Shown here piece by piece: positions 13,301 through 27,352 of a stretch of DNA of 64,000 bases (positions are counted from its first letter, which is position 1; each line of letters starts with the position of its first letter). The DNA comes from Chrysomallon squamiferum (Eukaryota; Animalia; Mollusca): NCBI GenBank assembly GCA_012295275.1, contig CM022677.1, positions 7,316,001 through 7,380,000 on the forward strand, read 5' to 3'. The notes beneath the pieces were generated by a model, which searched no databases, had not been told where the DNA came from, and saw nothing but the letters and a program-made list of their open reading frames with translations. The translations under genes and the position numbers were made by a program.

Positions 13301-16300
13301 CAATAACAGGATAGTAACTATGATGGCCTTTGAGAAACTGCTTACAGACAATCAGTTGGAACATGAAAAAGCTGAATGGGAGCACCACAGAAGATTAATA
13401 CAAAATTAAAAAATTCCGGAATGTAAGAAATACTTTCAGAGGACATGTGTCCATTATTTCCCATCCAGCCTGACTACTGAGAAAAACAATCTGCCTCACT
13501 TCTAGTTAAAATGAATGTTCATGATAAAATAGTTTTAGGTGTTTTATATTAGTTTTTCACATATCTTATAACACCTGATGGAACATTTTTCATTACAGTC
13601 AGTGCTTGGTGTCTAGTTTATCTATTTAAATAAAGAGATATATAGAAGGTCACTGATGTGAGGGGAGGTGTACAAAAAAAAGAAGATTAACAATAGCCCT
13701 GACCAGTAGATTAAAAAATGGTTGGATGTATCATTAATAAAAATACTCATATTTTGACACATGAAAGATAAATACTATTATTTATGAATTTACTAGCATC
13801 AAATTAAAATCTTTAATGAATACAATTAGGGATAAATTTGGCTTGACACTACATCTATTACCTTAAGTATTTGGGTCTCTTCTCTTATGTTTTCAGGCAA
13901 CATAGATCAATATGTGGTTGGAAATAATCTTCAACTTCAATATACAATGTACTCAACAGCTGGAGAAGAAACCATATATAGAAATATATTTTATTTGTTT
14001 TAGAATGTCTTAAAATAAAAAATAAATTAACAAGTAAATAAAAAATGAAAGAAATAATAAATAAATTCATTTATTCAATAATAAATTAAAATTACATTAT
14101 TTTCTGTTTCAATTTTTTGTTTGTTTTTCCTACCTTTAATGCAGGTTTACATTCTGGTGACTCTTTTGACCTAAGCAGATTGAGAATGTCATCTGAAGAG
14201 ATCATGGAGAGTTCAGCGCTGTATGGTTCTTCACGATTGATGATTTCAGTTAAAATGATTGCAAATCTGAAAGAACAATCATTTAAAACTATTACAAAAT
14301 GAAATAAATATTTCAATAAATTTACTTCTAATTCAAGAAAGGTCACTCTTGTTCAAACCATAACTGGATATAAGACTGAATTTTGTTGGTTCTTCTATTC
14401 AGTTATTTCCCTTTCTAGCCAGTAATTTCTGGCAGATAATTAAAGGAAATATTCATGAAATAAACAACATACATGTATATGAGCTCACAAAACTGAGTGG
14501 TATAATAATATTCTTAAAGATTGTCAAATTTCAACACTAAGGGTTCATCATCTGGTACTGATATTCTTGGAGCCAGATATCTCATCATCAGACATCCATG
14601 GCCTAAAATTATGATTATATGAACAAACCACTGCAAATCTATGAACATGTATTGTTAATAACTTAAACACAGAAGGGTAAATGGCAGCATCCATAATTTA
14701 GGTAATTCTATATTTTTTTTTTTTTTAACTATTTCATTAATTTATTTTATTTTATTGTACATTATGAGAAACTTTGAGACGTCCATGTGACTGGAGTGGA
14801 GACTGGTGAATGTAACTCATTCCACGACAGATATCTTTGAGAATAGAAAATCAAAAACTCCAGTCTAATGGAACTGAATCATTGGACAGGACATCTTCTA
14901 AGTTTCCCTCTTTGTAATAAAAACAAATAAGATAAAGAGACAAGTGGAGTTTTTTCTTACTTTTTGATAACGTTATCATACATGTAAGCATCAGACGACA
15001 GTTATAGTTTTTACATGACTTAAGAGTATACACAAACCTATTTATGCCCACAATTATTTAAAATATTATTAAACTATTTACAGGTGGAACTGGTGTCAGT
15101 TCAAATCTTTCACTAACCATCATTCCTGTTGAAGTATTAAATCTGCAATATATAAATATATCTCTCTTAAAATAAACTCAATATAAAAATAAATTATTAA
15201 AACAGTTAACACATTTAAAAGATTCATGATAATTATAGCTTTCCTTAAAGTTTTATAAAGTATAAGTGGATAACAATCAAAATGAATTATTATATTATGT
15301 ATTAAAAACAATATACTTGATGTGTAAACCATGTTTTTGAAGCAAACAATAGACACAAAATAAACCTGCTATGTATTACTACATCTCATGTAAACTCTCT
15401 TTATTAACAAACTACTGACATCTAAAGCTAACCTTGGTAGAAGTGGTTATATATGAGATAGTATATTCCAGAAATTCATTTTAAACTAAATGTATTAAGC
15501 AATACCTAAGTGATAAATTATAGAATTCAAATATCATATTTTATACTCTAGAAGTTAAAAGAATATAAAACTTAATTAACACAATGTACAGAAATAAACA
15601 AGTGTTGGTAAAACAAACTACAAAACTGTATCAAAAACACTGAACAATAAAATCTCACCAAAAAGTTTCAAAAAGGACACAAAATCACTTGAGAATGATT
15701 ATGATTCTAAATAAAATAGTAAAACTCTTCTCACAAACGCTTATTAACAAAGTTAGCATTGGGAAACCCTGCTGGAGCTACTTCATAACTCCAAGGTGGG
15801 GCGTCCAGTGGAGGAAGTGCTTGGACTCCTGCTGTGGATTCTTGTCAAGTTTATGTATGAAGCGGCTGAAAATTAAACATTAATTTGTAGACTGTAAACC
15901 ACTTCCAAAATATAAAGGTATTTATTTTTAATTCTGACAATTCTCTCAAGGTGGAATATGAATATACAGATGAATAATTGGCATTTCATTTGAACTCGGG
16001 ATTCATTAAACTGTAGACTCCTTGACTAATAAAAGTGTTTTAATTCTCTGACACTGTAATTTTAATCATAATGATACAAAAAAAAAAATGTTGTTCATGC
16101 AAAGAATTTTCCTAGTTATAGCCAAGAATACACAAGTAAATTAATAAAATAATTTGTCATAAATACTTACCAAGATAAAGTGAAAAAAAGGAGAAACTTC
16201 TACATTTTATTATTTTTTTAAATAACTTTTTTTTTTTAATACAGAATTGTTTATTAAGTTTATTTTACTTACAGTAGATATTAAAGTATCAGATGTTGAA

Positions 16301-18029
16301 GGATGTGGATATAAAGTTACTACATGTCTGATATATCCTGGTCTGTTTCCATTATTATCAAATTTTATTATTCCAGTTAAACCAACTGTCTTAGTCTAGA
16401 AAACAAAGAAATATAACTTCAGAAACATCTTAAACCACACACCTCCCACTTAAACCACCAGACACACAGAAACTATGTATACAAATATACATACACTCTC
16501 AGTTCCTATAATGCGTGATAAAAAAATTGGCAAATTTTGTATTTATAACTTTTTTATATTCAGTATTATGAACATGTTCAAAACAGAAACAAAAATGTTA
16601 CCTTTCGAATTTGGTGTGCAAGGTTTATACCAGTCATAGTTTTCTGATTTTTAATATTCACTGCAATGGCAAACGTCATCATGGTATCACAAAGAATATA
16701 TTCCAGTTATCTGTGTAATATCAGTAGTCATTTAAATACTTTTGATAATGTGTAATTTCAGCAATATTTCCTTATAAAACTGAAGACAAAAAAAGAAAAA
16801 AGTTATAATAATAAAATAAATAAAAATTTAAAAATGATGAAAGAAAAAATATTTTGCATATTATTTTTTTTTAAAGTGAAAACAAAAAGAAAACTGAAAA
16901 TATTATTTCATAAATAATAAGAAAACAATGAAATGAGAAAAAACAACCTGGAAATAAGAAAAGCATTAAACAAAAAAGTAAAAGGAATTATTTTCTTTAC
17001 TGTTTTCATTAAATGACATTATAAATGAATATTGAAATGTTCAGACACACAGGAACATTCATTCTAAAATTTCATTATTTTCTATGTCTATTGGTTCTGC
17101 CAGAGGATCCATAACTGGATATGCTGATAAAAATACATGAAGTCCTTTCAAAGCAAAAGTACATGTTGGAAACTGGCATTAGAAGAAAAACAATTACATT
17201 CATTATCATTTCCAGATAAACCGCAGAACAAATTTAATTACAAGATCTTTTAAAAAGTAGGAACCATAGCTGTTTCTAAAAAAATCTCACTGGGGATTAA
17301 AAATAATTTGTAATTTGGCACAAAACAGGTCAGTCTAAAAACATGAATTTCTTTCTCTTCACTTCAGGTATTTCTGTTTTTATTTATAAATTTCCTATTG
17401 ACATGAAAATTATTTACATGAACAAATGAAAATTATTAACTAAAATTTACTTCCTTGCATTCTTCATCCTTATTTGTCCAAGGAAACTCCCATGAAAATT
17501 TCTTATAATGTAACCCACTGATAACCATTTGATTTCTGAAAAAAAATAAAAATTTAAAATATTTTTAATGTATCCTTGGTGACTTACTGGGAAGCTTACT
17601 AATTGTTTTATTTGGGGTTTTTTCCCATTAAATTTAATTAATACAGAAATTAACAACAAAAGAGTATTGTGTAAACATACCTGGATGGCATTTTATTGTG
17701 CAGTTTTGCTTTAAAATTTTATTTAAAGGAGAGAGAATTTTTTTTTATAGATAATTATAACATAATGACTCAAGTTGTAAAGGGATTATAAGAAGAGCTT
17801 ATAAATATATTTTTTATTTTGTTGTCATAATGTGTTAATCAAATTCTTTCTACATTGTAATATTAACAATAATTTCTTAATTTATTTATCTTCATTTTAA
17901 TTCTGAAAATGTTAGTTAGCTTCATCAGAAATATATAAAACTAAAAAAAGCTGTAATATTTACTGAACTGCAGTTGATCAAAGGAAATGTTATTTGATTG
18001 TGGTTTATGTTTGAGACAAGTTTGGTCCT

Positions 18030-18245
18030 TACCACACCTGGATATTTGTGACCACTCCTATGATGACAGGGATGTCACACTTGGACATTAAGGGCTGTAC
18101 TTGTAATTTGTGCATGAACTGTTCGCTAATACAGATAATGGATGCACCTGTGTCTACAAGAGCCATCGTTTTAACTTGACCCACCTCAACTTGAACTGTG
18201 TTTTTTGTTAAGGGAGTACAAGTGAAACGTATTCTGGTTTGTGCC
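18030..18245 (-). mobile_element. LTR retrotransposon (Ty3/Gypsy-like) aspartic protease fragment
   Basis: The minus strand reads VQVEVGQVKTMALVDTGASIICIS, a retropepsin D-T-G motif at 18146-18154. No RT, integrase or LTR pair is recognisable. Confidence 0.75.
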
Positions 18246-19986
18246 TGAGATCAGATTCTCTATCAAGTTGAAACTCTAAAGTTTCTTGTCAGGATGTTCC
18301 TCTGTGTGAGATCGTAGGATCGAATCACGGCGTTTTCTGGAGGTTCCATTTATCCTGTACGGATAATTAACGTAAGGAACATAACTCTAATCTAAGCTGG
18401 TGAACCCCTATCACTAAAGGCAGATATAATTTTTACTTAGTGGAGTAAACTCCTCTCACTTCCTGTAACACATCATGGCTTATGTCACGTGACCTTATAT
18501 ATATATATATATATATATATGTATAAAGAATATGATTTTTCCACAATCTTTACGTGCTTCACAACAGCTTGCTCTGATTAGCATGTTAATTTTTTTCATT
18601 CATTTCATTAATTCCACAATCTGTCATAGATGAATCTGGGATCGGAAAGCACTGTTGTTTAACCGCCAAAAATTCCAAGATTCGATCACAGAATGCTGAC
18701 AAGAAACTTTAAAGTTTCAACTTGGGTCTTCACAGGCTGTATGAGGGCAGGGGACTAGGGTAAAAGGGCACGCGCACGCACCTCACCCCCTATCCAGACC
18801 CGAATTTGAATTATACTTAATATTTAATTCAGTACAATTATTCGTTTTTATTTCTTAAACATTTTTTTTATTCTGTTACAGTTTTCTATTATGTGAATAT
18901 TTTTTTTATTAAAATTATTTTTTGTTATCTTTGCTGAAAATTATTTTTTGTTATCTTCGCTGAATAATTAAACAGCATATCCCATACACGATAAAGAAAT
19001 ATAATAAATAAATTAAATGAAACAGAAATATAAATTTGAAAATATATCATTATTTTATTTTCCTTTTCCAAAATCTGTTTTTGTTAATATTGTTATTCAT
19101 AATCATTATATTCATTATTAATGGACAAAAGAGTTAATTCCCTTAGACTACCTAGTCTATGAAACTGACTAATTATTATTATTAGTAGTAGTATCTCTAC
19201 TTGTGCAAACTTAATTTATTTCATATATTTAAAATGTTTCTTTATTAAAATGTATAAAAATTTCAAATACATATAAATACTGTTTTTCAGCCTTTTCATA
19301 CTGACACATTATTTAAATTTCACAAATATAATGATTTCTCAAATGTGGTATGTAACATCAATTAAACTGTTTAAAAGTTTAATTATGTTTGTGTGTGTTT
19401 GTGTCTGTGTGTTTCATCTATCTTTAAGTTTCGTTTGTTTTTATTTTTATTGTTGATATTATTGTTATTATTGTTGATACTGCTGTTATAGCTGATGTTT
19501 TTGCTGTTGGCTAACTTTGGTTTCGGTAAAATTGTTAATTTTGTGTTGAGAGAAGAAAGCAAGTTAGAGAGAGAGAGAGAAAGACAGAGAAAGAGAAAGA
19601 CACTGAGACAGAGAGATAGCCAGAGAGACAGTGAGAAAGAGTCAGACAGAGTGAGGCTGAGATACAGAGAGAGAGGAAGAGAGAGAGAGAGAGAGAAAGA
19701 GAGATTCAGAGAGAAACAGAGAGATGCAGCTAGATAAAGAGATAGAGAGCAAGAAAGAGAGAGGGAGAGAAAGAGATTAACCAAATACTAACATTTGACA
19801 AATACAAATCATTAACAAAATACTAATCATTACGTATTCTGAACCTCACTTTGGTGTAGGTCCTCAAATCTACTGCCACCATATTTGCTTCTATCTATCT
19901 TCTTGTTTATATACTGAACCTGCTGACCTGCCTATCTGTTTAGCTATCTTTAGATATATCTGTCTGTCCTCCACCAAACTCCAAGT

Positions 19987-21815
19987 CAGTGTTTCCCAAC
20001 CGGGGCTCCTTGGAGCCCTCGTGCTCCATGGTGCATCATCAAGGGCTCCACGAGAGATTACATAACTAATAAATAAAAAAGGAGAAACGGGGGCAGTCAG
20101 ACGGACAGAATGAAATAGACAGAACAAACGAATACATCTACAATAACCTTACGATGATTACTATGTACAATGCATATGGATAATATGGATATCATGCCTA
20201 ATTTAAATAGTAATTTGTATAAATAAATAACTATTTAATTAGTTAAAGTGTAAATAGTTTCTAATATAAAAAAAACAAGTTTATTTTACTTTTCAGGTAA
20301 ATCATTAGTATTGCGCAGAAGCAAAACTATTCGTGACGTCACTGATGATGTACTGCCAACCCCTTGCATTAAGACGCAAGTGGTTGTTAGAAGTACACGA
20401 GTTAGTTGTGAATAAAGCAGTGTTGGTGCGTGTTGTGTTTTGTCTTCTCTGCCAATATCTTTAACGTGAAAGATGATGAGGTATTTGAAAAGAAGACGTG
20501 CAAATGAAGAAGAGGATAGTGGAGATGAGCAACACTTAGCACAGCAAAGTACAAGTAAGGTAGCTAAAGTGGGTGAGACAAAAAAATACCGCCTTTACAA
20601 TGAGACATATTTAGCCTTTGGGTTCACATGGACTGGAGAACAAAACTGTCAACTTCCATTGTGCATTGTTTGTGGGAAAACACTTGTTAACGCAGCTGTG
20701 TTTCCAGCCAAGTTACAGTGCCATTTCACAGCTAATCACAGTCAGTTGTTAAATAAAGATATTGATTACTTTCAAAGACTTCTTAAATCCAATGGTAAAG
20801 CCCATACGATGTTTGAAAAGAAGGTTACTGTTAGTAACAAAGACCAAGAAGCAAGCTATATGACAGCCGAGTTAGTTGCCAAACAAATGAAAAGCCACAC
20901 TATTGCTGAAAGCTTGATATTGCATGCTGGGTCAAGAAGCTGCAGACGAATTCTCAAAAGTTCCTCTTTCTGACAATACTATTAGTAGGCTTATCACTGA
21001 CATGTCCCACAACATTGAAAATGTTTGTCTGAAATAAAAAAATGTACAAACTTCGCTCTCCAAGTAGATGAGTCAGCAGACATAACTGGTAAGGCCCACC
21101 TATTAGTGTTCGTTCGATTTGAAAACAAAGGTAAAATTGTGGAAAATTTTATCTTTTGCAAAGAGCTGCCAGAAACAACTAAAGGTGAAGACATATTCAA
21201 TCTGGTGTCCTCTTACTTGTCATGGATGCGGTGTGTTGGTGTCTGCACTGATGATGCTCCCGCAATGATTGGATCGATAAAAGGATTTGTGACACTCGTC
21301 AAAGAAAAAAGCCTGCTGTGATAACGACTCACTGTTTCATCCACCAGGAAGTTCTGTTCACAAACGACTGGGGAGGATTTAAAAGAAGTTCTAGATGCAA
21401 CTGTTAACGTGATTAATTTTGTAAAGCAGTGCCCTCTTAAGACCTGCATTTTTGCAAAGCTCTGTGAAAATATGCACAAGTGACTCCGAAATGAAAACAT
21501 CCTTACTTCAACAGACAAAATTATTGCATTCCAGAACAAACTCAAAGTTTGGAAAAACTACATTTCAAGGTGAAATGTTGAAATGTTTCCCCTGCTATAT
21601 GAGCTTCGGGGTGCCACAACTGATATGGAGGTCGTAGCAGTAATTGGCATGCATTTGGAAATATTGTCAAATAGGCTTGACAACTACTTTCCTTCTTTGT
21701 CAGTAGAACTGTATGACTGGATTAGAAATCCTTTTAATGAATTATCATCGATTTCACTTAATATGTTCCGTCTGCAAGAAGAAGAAGAACTAACAGAATT
21801 ACAGTCTGACCAAAG
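19987..21815 (+). mobile_element. hAT DNA transposon (Buster/Charlie, ZBED5/ZBED8/SCAND3-like), degenerate and 3'-truncated
   Basis: The 5' TIR CAGTGTTTCCCAAC is at 19987. ORF fragments 20473-20973 (YLAFGFTW...PLCIVC...KLQCHF, BED-like), 21025-21321 (FALQVDESAD, VGVCTDDAPAMIG), THCFIH near 21326 and WIRNPF near 21720 are separated by frameshifts and stops. No 3' TIR was found. Confidence 0.9.
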
Positions 21816-23532
21816 CATCAATCAGAGGTCTGTCGCTACTTTCATCTTCAGAAGCGATCGATCCACAGCAAGCAAAATTTAATTCAGAATCAGTGTCATC
21901 GGCTGAATCTTTGTTGTTCTCTGTAATATCACCAGTGTCATTTATCACTTCAGTAACAGAAGAATCAGTAAAATAATCCTTGATCAAAAATCGTACGTCT
22001 TCTGAATCAGTACTGTCCAAAATACGTGCTCCATGTAGAGAACTGAAAGCCTTAGTTAAAATTACAGCATGCATACAGTTAAACGCCATCGTGGTTACAC
22101 ACAATTAGACATTCAACTCATTTCATGGTGGTGGGTCATAATTATGGAACAAAAACCAACAGTGGTAAAAGAAACAATAATAAGAATGACAAAATAATTA
22201 TAATTTTAATATATTATATATTATATAGTATACTTTTCCTGGAAACTTGACATCTTAGTTTTCTGTAATTCTCTGTTATCTAGTGGAGTAAAAAAAATAA
22301 ATCAATAAATAAATATGATATTACATATTTAAAGTTTTAAATACAAAAAGAAAATCAATATTAATATTGATAAAAATTGATGTTTTTAATTTTTTTTATT
22401 ATCATTATTATTATTATTATTTTTAACGAAAATTATTTTAGAAATGACTCACCAATATCAGTGTCTTGTAAAAGCTCAGAGTGGGGATCTTAATCTAACT
22501 GAATATCATGAATCCATATTCTCTGACAGCAACAGGGTATCCACTGAAAATTAATAACAAAAATCAGAAATTAAGAGAAAACAATTTCAACAAAAATACT
22601 GATAATAGACAAACATTTTACGTTATTCAAATAGTTGTGAATTCTGTAAATGAAATAGTGTAATAATTCAAAATATCTGTTTACTGTTAATTTTACACTG
22701 AGATACATTATTCTATAATATAACAATAAGTGTGTATATGTGTATGTTTTGGTATCTTTTTTTATTCATTAAGTTATTACCATTTCACATTATTATGCTC
22801 TAGAATCCATGTTTTGATTATCTTCTTGTAAAAGTTCTTTTCAACAAAAGGATCAACACCTTTTGGGTCCAGAATGTTCATCAGTCTGATGAGATATTCT
22901 TCAGGCTGAAAGTTAAGTAGAAACAAAAGTCAATGTATTAGGAAAGGAAAGATGTGTTACAAGAATTAAATAAAAATATAGATAACTAGGACAGTATATT
23001 TACACTGTAAACAGATACTTTACAGCATCTTAACTAAATATTAACTCAACTGGTCTGACAGAGTACAGCATTATATTTGTTGATTTAATAAACACTTACT
23101 TCAGTTTTTTATTTATTTAAGAACATACACAGCAGGTTTTTCTTCTAGACCTCCCGTTACCATAGTGAGGAGCTGAATTGACATTAATAAAAATAATAAC
23201 CCTGCAATGTAAACTGTCTGAAGAAATTTAACTCAGATGTATTCATTTAAAGATCCTTTAATATTAACTTTCTTTATTGGTATATGAAATACTGACCAGT
23301 ATAAAAGAATCTTTTAAAGCCTGAAATCCTCTATTTAAGTAATACAAATATATGTACAAAGGTCTGTACACTAAAACTGAATATTATACAGGAGATCCTC
23401 CTGACTGCTGGCAGTTCCAGACTAGTAAAAATAATGTTAAACATTTTATTGTACTCATAAAATGTAATGCTTCTTCTTTTATATTAAAATACAGAAATTT
23501 ACACCAAAGTAATCACATCTATATGAATGGAA

Positions 23533-23565
<33 letters not shown>

Positions 23566-24249
23566 TCCGAGAGAGAAATGTACATAATATAAAATATAAT
23601 GTGTGTCATAAAATATTAATGTATTACAAAATGCAATTTCCAACATTAAATTAAATCAAACTTCATTAGGTTTAGAATAATAAGAAATATATAAGAAATA
23701 CACAGAACTGACATAATTCAGACCTTGGACATTCATAGGTTTATAATGTATCAGTTGAACATTTTATTTGCATTTAAGACTCCTATGGCATATATACACA
23801 AATTAAAAAAAAAAATCATTTCAGTAGTGTTTTGTACAATAGTGTATTAATATCTCTTGTGATTATGATTACAAATTATTTATGTGTGTGTGTGAGTGTG
23901 TGTGTTAAATATTATTATAACAAATAATTTTATTAATATTTTACAGTGTCTACATACGAAATAACCTGATCATATTTTTCTTATTTTTTTACTCCTCATT
24001 ACTTGTTTTAGATGTTAACATACAGCTATATAGATATTTAGGTTAAATAATATGAAAGCAGTTAGGGCCCCACCCATTACAACCTTTAATATGGTTAAAA
24101 AATCATTTAAATATGTTTAATAATGTATAGAGCAAGTCAGCAATTTAAAAAATAAATAATAAATGAACTGACAGAAAACAACCTGTCAAACAAAATTAGC
24201 ATATTTTCTTTTAACACTTTTATTAGTTTATTTAAAAAAAAAAAAAAAT

Positions 24250-24760
24250 TAATCGAGTGTCTTTTGAAAAAAAATATAAATAAATAAATTTAAAAAATCA
24301 ATAAACCAATAAATTGATAAATAAATAATTATTGTTCCGAAATAAGATGGCTGCCATCACTTGGCTTTGACATGTAAATTACAATTAAATAAAACAACAA
24401 AATCTAAGTAATAATAAATAATAATACCTGTCTCCTGCACAAAATGAAACGCTTTAAGCAACTTTTTGTTGGATCATTATGCGATTACACCAATTCTGTA
24501 TAAGATTCATCGAACATCAAATAAAACAGTAAATCCGTAAAGACCGACAATCATCCCGCATTTATCCACAAATACAACACTAAAAAAATAAAATAATAAT
24601 ATAACAAAAATAAATAAATAAAGTTCAAAACAAATAAAATAAACAAAGGAACATAACAACCTTATTAAAATATACTAATTATAAATCGATGATTTTTTTT
24701 TTTTTTTTTTCTTTTGTTTGGTTTTTAATCTTATTATCAGCCAATCACAAAGCTTAGAAC
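24250..24760. promoter_or_regulatory. Duplicated promoter/first-exon-like module (inverted copy at ~39340-39870)
   Basis: It has a YY1-like AAGATGGCTGCC (24344-24355), a CCAAT box AGCCAATC (~24739) and a minus-strand donor GAGACAG|GTATT (~24427). All three recur in the reverse orientation at 39384-39763. Confidence 0.45.
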
Positions 24761-24924
24761 TCACTCTACAATAAGTTGCTTAGTATTGTCCAGGAATTTA
24801 CTAATGTTTGATATAGGTCTGAAAAAAACAAAAAAACTAATTATATATAAAACATTTACAACTATGACAAATACGGAAATAAATACTCCTTTTTTGTTGT
24901 TGTATATCTGCATTGTGTGTGTGT

Positions 24925-24972
<48 letters not shown>

Positions 24973-25599
24973 ATTTTCATAAGTACCAACTTTATATATA
25001 TTTTGGATGCAGACAAAATTGAAATTCCACAATGAATTTTCTTCACGTATAGAATCACTATACTATATAATCTTGGAAAAGAAAATTTCTGAAAGTGAGT
25101 TGATGTGTTTACATGTAAGAAATAATGTTTGATTCTGAAGTATATTTCTGAAGTTATTGTTTTTATTATTATCATTATTGTTATTATTATTAATACTGTT
25201 ATTACTACTGTTATTTTTATTATTACCGTTGTAATTATTGTTATTGTTGTTATTATTATTATAATATTATTTTTATATTTATTATTATTATAGTTATTAT
25301 TATTATTAGTATTGTTGATATTAGTAATTTTTAAACTTTTTCTTTATTCTCGACTAATTTGTAATTATTATTATTGTTCCTACAGTTGTAGCAGTAGTAG
25401 TGCTAGTAGTAGTATTAGTATGGTTGCTATTACCCATAACAGTGGTCTTAGTAGTAAATAAATAGTATTTAGTAACAGTTTATACAATAACATTTATGGT
25501 TACATGTGATGATTACAATAGCAGCTGTTATCATTTTTATTTTTGTTATAGATGTTGTACTATGTTATTGTTATAATTTCAGAACTGAGAAACTCCAGC

Positions 25600-25768
25600 A
25601 AAGTGCAAGAAAACTACAGACAAGATGAGACAAGAGCAAGAAACCTACAGATAAGATGAGACAAGAACAAGAAAACTACAGACAAGATGAGACAAGAACA
25701 AGAAAACTACAGACAAGATGAGTCAAGTGCAAGAAAACTACAGACAAGATGAGACAAGGTGAGACAAA
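25600..25768. repeat. 31-bp tandem repeat x ~5
   Basis: The unit is AGAAAACTACAGACAAGATGAGACAAGAACA. Confidence 0.9.
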
Positions 25769-27352
25769 CTGTGATTATTACATTTCTCATATTGTTAAAT
25801 ATTATAATAAAATATGTTTTTGTTGTGTTCAGAGTTGTGACAGTAAATTTCTATTTATTTTTTTTTTAGATTTTTCATGGAATATAAATTTGGCAGACTA
25901 AAAGTACATAAAACTGACAGAAGAAACATCACCTGGAGTCAATAGAAAAACTCAACATTTCAGATGATGACAACAGTTCTACATCAGCTGAGTTTGTTAA
26001 TGATTCTATTATTATTATTATAGTTATTATTATTATTTTTATTATTATTATCATATTATTATTATTTTATTATTTATTATTGTTATTATTATTAATATTA
26101 CTATTATTATTAGTAGTAATAATACCAGTAGTAGTAGTATCATTAATGCTTTTCTCATTATTCTTTATTTCCTTTTTTCTTTAATTCTTTTTCTCATTAT
26201 TATTATTGTTGCAGTATCTGTAAAACTAATAAATTTAGTACTAATCAATGTTTGTGAACACATATCAAAAGAGAATTAATAATCTGTTAATAGACTAGAT
26301 GTTTTATGTATTTTAAAGTCATACTTCTAAAACCGGTATTGAGAATATCTTTCGGAAATTTACCGGTATTCAGAATATCTGTCGGTAATTTGCAAACCGT
26401 AGTGCACACCAAATAAAGATGAAAGATGATAGCTAACGCCCTGATTTAAAACACGTGTTTGTAGTCCTCAAGTGAGGTATCCAGTTCCACATTTAGTCAC
26501 GTTTTCAAAACATCGATTGTGCATTTTTTATTTCTTGGCAATTTTCGTTTGTGCGGTAGTTTCTCTGAATTTATTTTTATTTTGTGTATGTGTGTGTATG
26601 TGTCTGTATGTGGGTTTTTTTCTTCTTTCTTTTTATTTGTTTGGATGAAGAAAATAAATATATTAAAAATAAATAAATACTTAAACTTAATTTCATGTTT
26701 AAGAGAGAGTTTTATTAAATATGTCAAGCAGAATAAAAAAGAAAAAAAGAAGAATGGTTGAGAATGCTAGGGATCCCCAAAACAATAATCTGTATTAGCC
26801 GTTAATAATAAATTTATAATAAATCTCAACAGTGAACTATTTTGTACTACACTTTTATTATACATTAATTATATTATACATTAATTATATTATACACAGA
26901 CATACAGACATACATACAGCTAGGTGAATATATAGGTAGCTATACAAACAAAAAGATCACGAAACAATGTAAAATAGTTTTAAAATTTAAATGAAATAAA
27001 GACAGAAGAATTTTATTTATTATCATATAAATATTTTATTACAGTTTTGTTTGTACAAGTATATTTTAAATAGCAAAACATTCTTTCAAATAAACCACAT
27101 TACAATAGATAGCATGGTTTAAATGTAAGTAGAGAGAGAGAGTTTGTTTTAAGTGAAATCTATTTTGTAACTTAGCAAGGTTAAACGATAAAGTAATTCA
27201 TAATAAAAAATAACATAAAGAAAGTGAAAAAAAAATTAACTAAATTTATTACCTTACAATAAATAAATAACTGATTTTCTGTTTATTTATCAGAAAGAAA
27301 TGTTTGTCAACTTTCAACTCCAAAACAGTTAAGTTAGCAGACCGTTTGAAGT

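Larger units (their letters stand above)
10038..23200 (-). pseudogene. Receptor (NPR-type) guanylate cyclase pseudogene
   Basis: Extracellular exon 16395-16273 reads GLTGIIKFDNNGNR. Kinase-homology exons: ~14905-14770 (LDWSF*FSILKDICRGMSYIH...HGRLK, stop at 14851-14853), 14266-14134, 13959-13862 (98 nt, frameshifted) and 13092-12979. Coiled-coil exon ~12596-12415. Cyclase exons: 12148-12009 (SDIVGFT...KVETVGDA), 11211-11059, 10813-10715 ([19 protein letters not shown]), ~10365-10306 (truncated) and 10145-10038 (GKGVMTTYWL...*). A signal-peptide-like stretch near 23130-23190 sets a tentative 5' end. Confidence 0.9.

Noticed and set aside
19383-19784. Ser/Leu-rich and Arg/Glu-rich ORFs
   Set aside because: They are translations of a degenerate (AG)n tract.
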